Of a stretch of 13,889 nt of DNA, positions 10,024 through 13,889 are shown in pieces. The notes under the pieces are model-generated. The model had not been told where the DNA came from and ran no database searches. It was given only the letters and a program-made list of their open reading frames with translations. The first letter of the stretch is position 1; each line of letters starts with the position of its first letter. Location of the stretch: NCBI GenBank assembly GCA_054661495.1, contig BAAFSQ010000261.1, positions 1-13,889 on the forward strand, read 5' to 3'. This stretch comes from Zygophlyctis sp. KS116. Taxonomy: Eukaryota > Fungi > Chytridiomycota. A program made the translations under genes and the position numbers.

Positions 10024-10889
10024 ATGTCCTCCCCTCAAGGTAATCGAAGAAGATTTGGAGAAAATATATCTGCTCCAATGACAAGCCAGATTCTCGCAAC
10101 ACTGCGAAGCGCAATGCCATCTGCAGTAACATCAATTTCTCAGTCTCAAACTCAACATACATTTGTAAACAACAATCGATCAGGAAGATTATCAGAATAT
10201 GCAAACATGCTTACCTTGCCAAACGTTTTAGGCCCATCTGGGCGTTTGGTTCAGCCAAGGGTAGCACACTCCTTAGGGGGAGCATCAGTACATCCCAGTT
10301 TCCGATCAAAGTCTGTTTGTGCTTTGGGGTGCAAACACTGCGGTATTTATTTCTTTTTGTTAATTTTCAGGGCAGAATATTTGTGAAAGAGGAATGAAAG
10401 CGATTTTACTGTCCGACACTCGTGTAGATCTTTGATCAAAATTAAAAAATTAGGTTGAACTTTACAGTACTGATGCTGTACCTTCAGGGTAATATTAAAA
10501 TACAGTAATGATGTAAGACGTGTACAATTAGTTGGTGATGATTACTTGACAGGAAATTGTCACTGTCGTATTAGAGATGTCGCCTGTTTAGGTTGTGGCA
10601 ACGTTTGCGGGTATCATGTAACTCAACCTTGTGATAATTGCATGGTAATAATAATGATTTATTAATGATTTAGAGTGCTTGTAATAATGGTCACTTTTGG
10701 ATGTATTTCGATTAAATGATAATGATTAGGTTCCATGATGATTCTGTCAAGGCATCTGAGCGCCAAGATCCTACAGGTAAAATAATTTTATACTTATGAA
10801 TAGGAAAAGGACCTCTTCTATGGGCACAAATTTCGATCGGAGGCAGAGAAGATAAATTATGCGATAGATCCGACATTATTTGCCGTTAA
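10024..10889 (+). CDS. FAM72: FAM72 family protein, 7 exons, ~231 aa
   Basis: Introns 10343-10370 (28 nt), 10424-10453 (30), 10489-10517 (29), 10645-10673 (29), 10703-10729 (27) and 10777-10803 (27) give SFRSKSVCALGCKHCGQNICERGMKAILLSDTRVELYSTD...[41 protein letters not shown]...LLWAQI...IICR*. This matches the FAM72 signature motifs RGMKA.LL.D, C..CGN..GYHV..PC..C...[10 protein letters not shown]. Confidence 0.93.
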
Positions 10890-10905
10890 AATAATAAAAT
10901 TGCAT

Positions 10906-11949
10906 CAAATTTTAAGATTGAATTCTAATGGAACCTCCCTCTAAAACAAAGATCAAAACAGCTAGATCGACCTCACGCTCTAGACTACTACAACAGCTTA
11001 AGAAGAACAAGCGTCCTGATTCGCCAGGAGAGTCGTCCAGCGCATCATCAGTAGCAGGCGATGGTTTATGTTGGCCCAGTGCTGGTACGAGAGTTCGTAA
11101 GACAGAATCAGCAGGAGAAAATTCTAACAGGCTACAGAAAATGTCTGCGGCAGTTGAGACTCTCTTGGAATGTATCGGAGAAGATCCGTCTCGGGAAGGA
11201 TTGGTCAAGACGCCGTTAAGATATGCAAAGGCTTTATTATTTTTTACTAAAGGATATGAACAATCTTTATGGGATATAGTAAATAGTGCAGTATTTGAAG
11301 AGGATCATGAAGAAATGGTCATTGTCAAAAACATAACTGTGCATTCACTCTGCGAGCACCATCTGGTTCCATTTACAGGAAAGGTATTACAATTTAATAA
11401 TGAATTAGATGTCTATTGGCTACATTCCACGAGGGCAGGTCCTCGGATTGTCTAAATTAGCTCGAATTGCGGTACTTTTTTATCGGTTAATTTGTTAAGG
11501 AAATGTTTAGTCGACGTTTACAAGTACAGGAACGTCTTACTAGACAAGTTGCACTAGCGATTGATGAAGTTTTAGATCCGCAAGGGGTTGGTGTGATTAT
11601 GGAAGCATCGCATCTTTGTATGTGTATGCGTGGAGTTGAAAAACCTGGTTCTTCAACCACTACTAGCTGCATGTTGGGGGTTTTTAGATCTGATCCTAAA
11701 TCTAGAGAAGAGTTTTTAATGGTAATTTTGTCATTGATTTTATTTATAGCTTGCACGTGGAACTTGATCTATTATTATCTTCGATATTTTTGTAATAAAT
11801 TCTAAAAGGATTTTAAGATATGCAGGAAAAGAGAAAGTATTCTACCGAAGCATTGAATGAGATGAAAAGATCGAGGTCGGGATCTCTATCTCAAAGCAAT
11901 CTGTATGGACATGAAACCTCATTGATTGAACAGATCAAACTGCATCAGT
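10906..11949 (+). repeat. Copy 1 of a 1044-bp direct duplication
   Basis: Appears identical by eye to 12112-13155 (offset 1206), including introns and intergenic DNA. Identity stops at 10905/12111 (T vs A) and at 11950/13156 (T vs G). Confidence 0.95.
10928..11767 (+). CDS. GCH1: GTP cyclohydrolase I (FOL2/GCH1), copy 1, 4 exons, ~252 aa
   Basis: [64 protein letters not shown]. Introns 11384-11408 (25 nt), 11472-11499 (28) and 11722-11749 (28). TGA at 11765-11767. Confidence 0.96.
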
Positions 11950-11978
11950 TTTTCGCGCTAGTAATAAATTCCGACTGA
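11820..11978 (+). pseudogene. Truncated duplicate of the 119-aa ORF (first 43 codons plus 9 spacer-derived codons)
   Basis: Identical to 13026 onward up to ...KLHQ, then reads FFALVINSD* in the unique spacer. Confidence 0.75.
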
Positions 11979-12111
11979 CTTTGAAAGAGTAATAAAACGC
12001 GTTCGCGTCCTTTAGAGGAATTCAATTCAATTCTAAGGCTAAAGGTAAATAAATTCAATTCTAATTCTCTAAGTCTTCTGAGAATATTAAGGCCAAAAAC
12101 CGTAACCGTTA
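11950..12111 (+). promoter_or_regulatory. 162-bp unique spacer, probable native GCH1 promoter
   Basis: Essentially non-coding and directly upstream of GCH1 copy 2. Contains TTTTTCGCGC (11949-11958), AACGCGTT (11996-12003), TTCGCGT (12002-12008), tandem AATTC units and AACCGT x2 (12098-12109). Confidence 0.6.
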
Positions 12112-13155
12112 CAAATTTTAAGATTGAATTCTAATGGAACCTCCCTCTAAAACAAAGATCAAAACAGCTAGATCGACCTCACGCTCTAGACTACTACAAC
12201 AGCTTAAGAAGAACAAGCGTCCTGATTCGCCAGGAGAGTCGTCCAGCGCATCATCAGTAGCAGGCGATGGTTTATGTTGGCCCAGTGCTGGTACGAGAGT
12301 TCGTAAGACAGAATCAGCAGGAGAAAATTCTAACAGGCTACAGAAAATGTCTGCGGCAGTTGAGACTCTCTTGGAATGTATCGGAGAAGATCCGTCTCGG
12401 GAAGGATTGGTCAAGACGCCGTTAAGATATGCAAAGGCTTTATTATTTTTTACTAAAGGATATGAACAATCTTTATGGGATATAGTAAATAGTGCAGTAT
12501 TTGAAGAGGATCATGAAGAAATGGTCATTGTCAAAAACATAACTGTGCATTCACTCTGCGAGCACCATCTGGTTCCATTTACAGGAAAGGTATTACAATT
12601 TAATAATGAATTAGATGTCTATTGGCTACATTCCACGAGGGCAGGTCCTCGGATTGTCTAAATTAGCTCGAATTGCGGTACTTTTTTATCGGTTAATTTG
12701 TTAAGGAAATGTTTAGTCGACGTTTACAAGTACAGGAACGTCTTACTAGACAAGTTGCACTAGCGATTGATGAAGTTTTAGATCCGCAAGGGGTTGGTGT
12801 GATTATGGAAGCATCGCATCTTTGTATGTGTATGCGTGGAGTTGAAAAACCTGGTTCTTCAACCACTACTAGCTGCATGTTGGGGGTTTTTAGATCTGAT
12901 CCTAAATCTAGAGAAGAGTTTTTAATGGTAATTTTGTCATTGATTTTATTTATAGCTTGCACGTGGAACTTGATCTATTATTATCTTCGATATTTTTGTA
13001 ATAAATTCTAAAAGGATTTTAAGATATGCAGGAAAAGAGAAAGTATTCTACCGAAGCATTGAATGAGATGAAAAGATCGAGGTCGGGATCTCTATCTCAA
13101 AGCAATCTGTATGGACATGAAACCTCATTGATTGAACAGATCAAACTGCATCAGT
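12112..13155 (+). repeat. Copy 2 of the 1044-bp direct duplication
   Basis: Matches 10906-11949 and continues uninterrupted into the complete 119-aa ORF. Confidence 0.95.
12134..12973 (+). CDS. GCH1: GTP cyclohydrolase I (FOL2/GCH1), copy 2, 4 exons, ~252 aa
   Basis: Same sequence as copy 1. Introns 12590-12614, 12678-12705 and 12928-12955. Confidence 0.96.
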
Positions 13156-13385
13156 GCTATCTTCAAGAAATCAGTTTAAGAATAAGATCATTAATTGATA
13201 ATATAGGCTATGATGACTTATGCAATTATGAGAAGGGAATCAATTTGCTATTATCAGGAACTCAAATCAAAATGGATGTATATGCGTCAACGTTGTTGAA
13301 ATCTCAATTGAATCAATTAAGAGAAAGTGCAGTAAAAATTCTCTCTCTGATTGAATATTTGAAAACTTGTGTTTGTATAAATTGA
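13026..13385 (+). CDS. Hypothetical protein, 119 aa, probably helical C-terminal region
   Basis: Uninterrupted ATG-to-TGA ORF of 360 nt in AT-rich DNA, filling the space after GCH1. No family recognised. Confidence 0.6.
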   Translation: MQEKRKYSTEALNEMKRSRSGSLSQSNLYGHETSLIEQIKLHQCYLQEISLRIRSLIDNIGYDDLCNYEKGINLLLSGTQIKMDVYASTLLKSQLNQLRESAVKILSLIEYLKTCVCIN

Positions 13386-13541
13386 AAATAAATCTGCTGT
13401 TTTTGTCACATTCGGACATAATTAATCATTCGGACACACTATAAATTAACACGTGGAAAAAAGGCCCGATCAAACAAATAGACGCAACTTCGCCGTCATC
13501 TACCGATAAACTTCATTTAAATCAGGTTAAAATAAATAGAA
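13386..13541. promoter_or_regulatory. Intergenic, promoter-like region
   Basis: Direct repeat CATTCGGACA (13409-13418, 13427-13436), CACGTG E-box (13450-13455) and an AATAAA just after the upstream stop. Confidence 0.4.
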
Positions 13542-13889
13542 ATGTCTTCAAAGAATGGAAATGATAATGCAAAATCATATTCTGCAGATATTGCGGATCA
13601 TGGACCTTGTCCGGAATCTGTAAGATTACTATAATTTACCCAAAGAAGTTAAAAATGAAAGCGATTGATGAGATGAACAAGACTCAGCATAGCTTAAAAG
13701 GATCTGGAAAGATTCTGAATGTAGCATTTGCGTATAATAAGTATATCTAATCGCAATGAAGAATAAAACTTTAAAAGGAGCATCACTGATAGATAAAGGC
13801 GCAGTTTCTTTGTTCCCTAAAATGAGTTTGCATGAGCTCTTAAAAGTGATCAGCTGATCATGTGCTGAATTGGTCTATGCGTTCCTAAT
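13542..13889. CDS. Probable coding region of unresolved strand and structure
   Basis: Plus strand: ATG 13542 (MSSKNGNDNAKSYSADIADHGPCPES), then a GTAAG...AAG 26-nt intron candidate at 13620-13645, open to TAA at 13748-13750. Minus strand: an open frame of ~78 codons from 13874 to 13640 with a 22-nt intron candidate at 13618-13639 and TGA at 13598-13600. Confidence 0.3.

Larger units (their letters stand above)
93..12955. other. Set of 28 ultra-short (23-30 nt) GT-AG spliceosomal introns
   Basis: Each intron was placed by restoring the reading frame and, in known families, the conserved motifs. Coordinates are listed under each gene. Confidence 0.93.

Noticed and set aside
10901-12111. Transposon, LTR element or MITE as the cause of the duplication or spacer
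   Set aside because: No transposase or RT, no terminal inverted repeats seen in the spacer or repeat, and introns are retained so it is not a retrocopy. The second TGCATCA is native ORF119 sequence, so it is better read as microhomology than as a true target-site duplication.
183-12962. Shadow ORFs (183..461, 1419..1601, 2026..2265, 2407..2676, 3921..4190, 4591..4779, 5381..5590, 6482..6739, 7013..7270, 8523..8717, 8884..9075, 8942..9238, 10016..10204, 10912..11208, 11487..11756 and duplicates)
   Set aside because: Antisense or alternative-frame ORFs overlapping better-supported genes, with no recognisable motifs.
13140-13385. BAG-domain assignment for ORF119
   Set aside because: Only a vague helical resemblance; not supportable without a profile search.
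1-13889. Stop-codon reassignment (alternative genetic code)
   Set aside because: No in-frame stops remain in exons after splicing, and TAA and TGA terminate ETFB, DYNLT1 and FAM72 at the expected C-termini.

Overview
AT-rich eukaryotic nuclear DNA, most consistent with an early-diverging fungus such as a chytrid (inferred from gene content, not proven). The fragmented ORF track is explained by ultra-short GT-AG spliceosomal introns: 25 unique introns (28 counting a duplicate), all 23-30 nt. After removing them the window reads: glycogen synthase (+), ETF beta subunit (+), ankyrin-repeat protein (-), Tctex-1 dynein light chain (-, absent from the ORF track), Reb1/TTF-I/DMTF1-like Myb protein (+), an unknown 617-aa protein (-), a FAM72 homologue (+), two apparently identical GTP cyclohydrolase I genes (+), a 119-aa unknown ORF (+) and an ambiguous gene at the right edge. 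Genes are packed at almost prokaryotic density, with a TAATG and a possible ATGA stop/start overlap and 15-16 nt convergent gaps. The main findings are (i) the micro-intron system, (ii) operon-like same-strand junctions, one of which also resembles a 33-nt intron, and (iii) a recent 1044-bp GCH1 duplication bounded by TGCATCA microhomology. The duplication appears to have placed a promoter-less copy 38 nt behind FAM72, upstream of a 162-bp spacer rich in E2F/MCB/Myb-like motifs.
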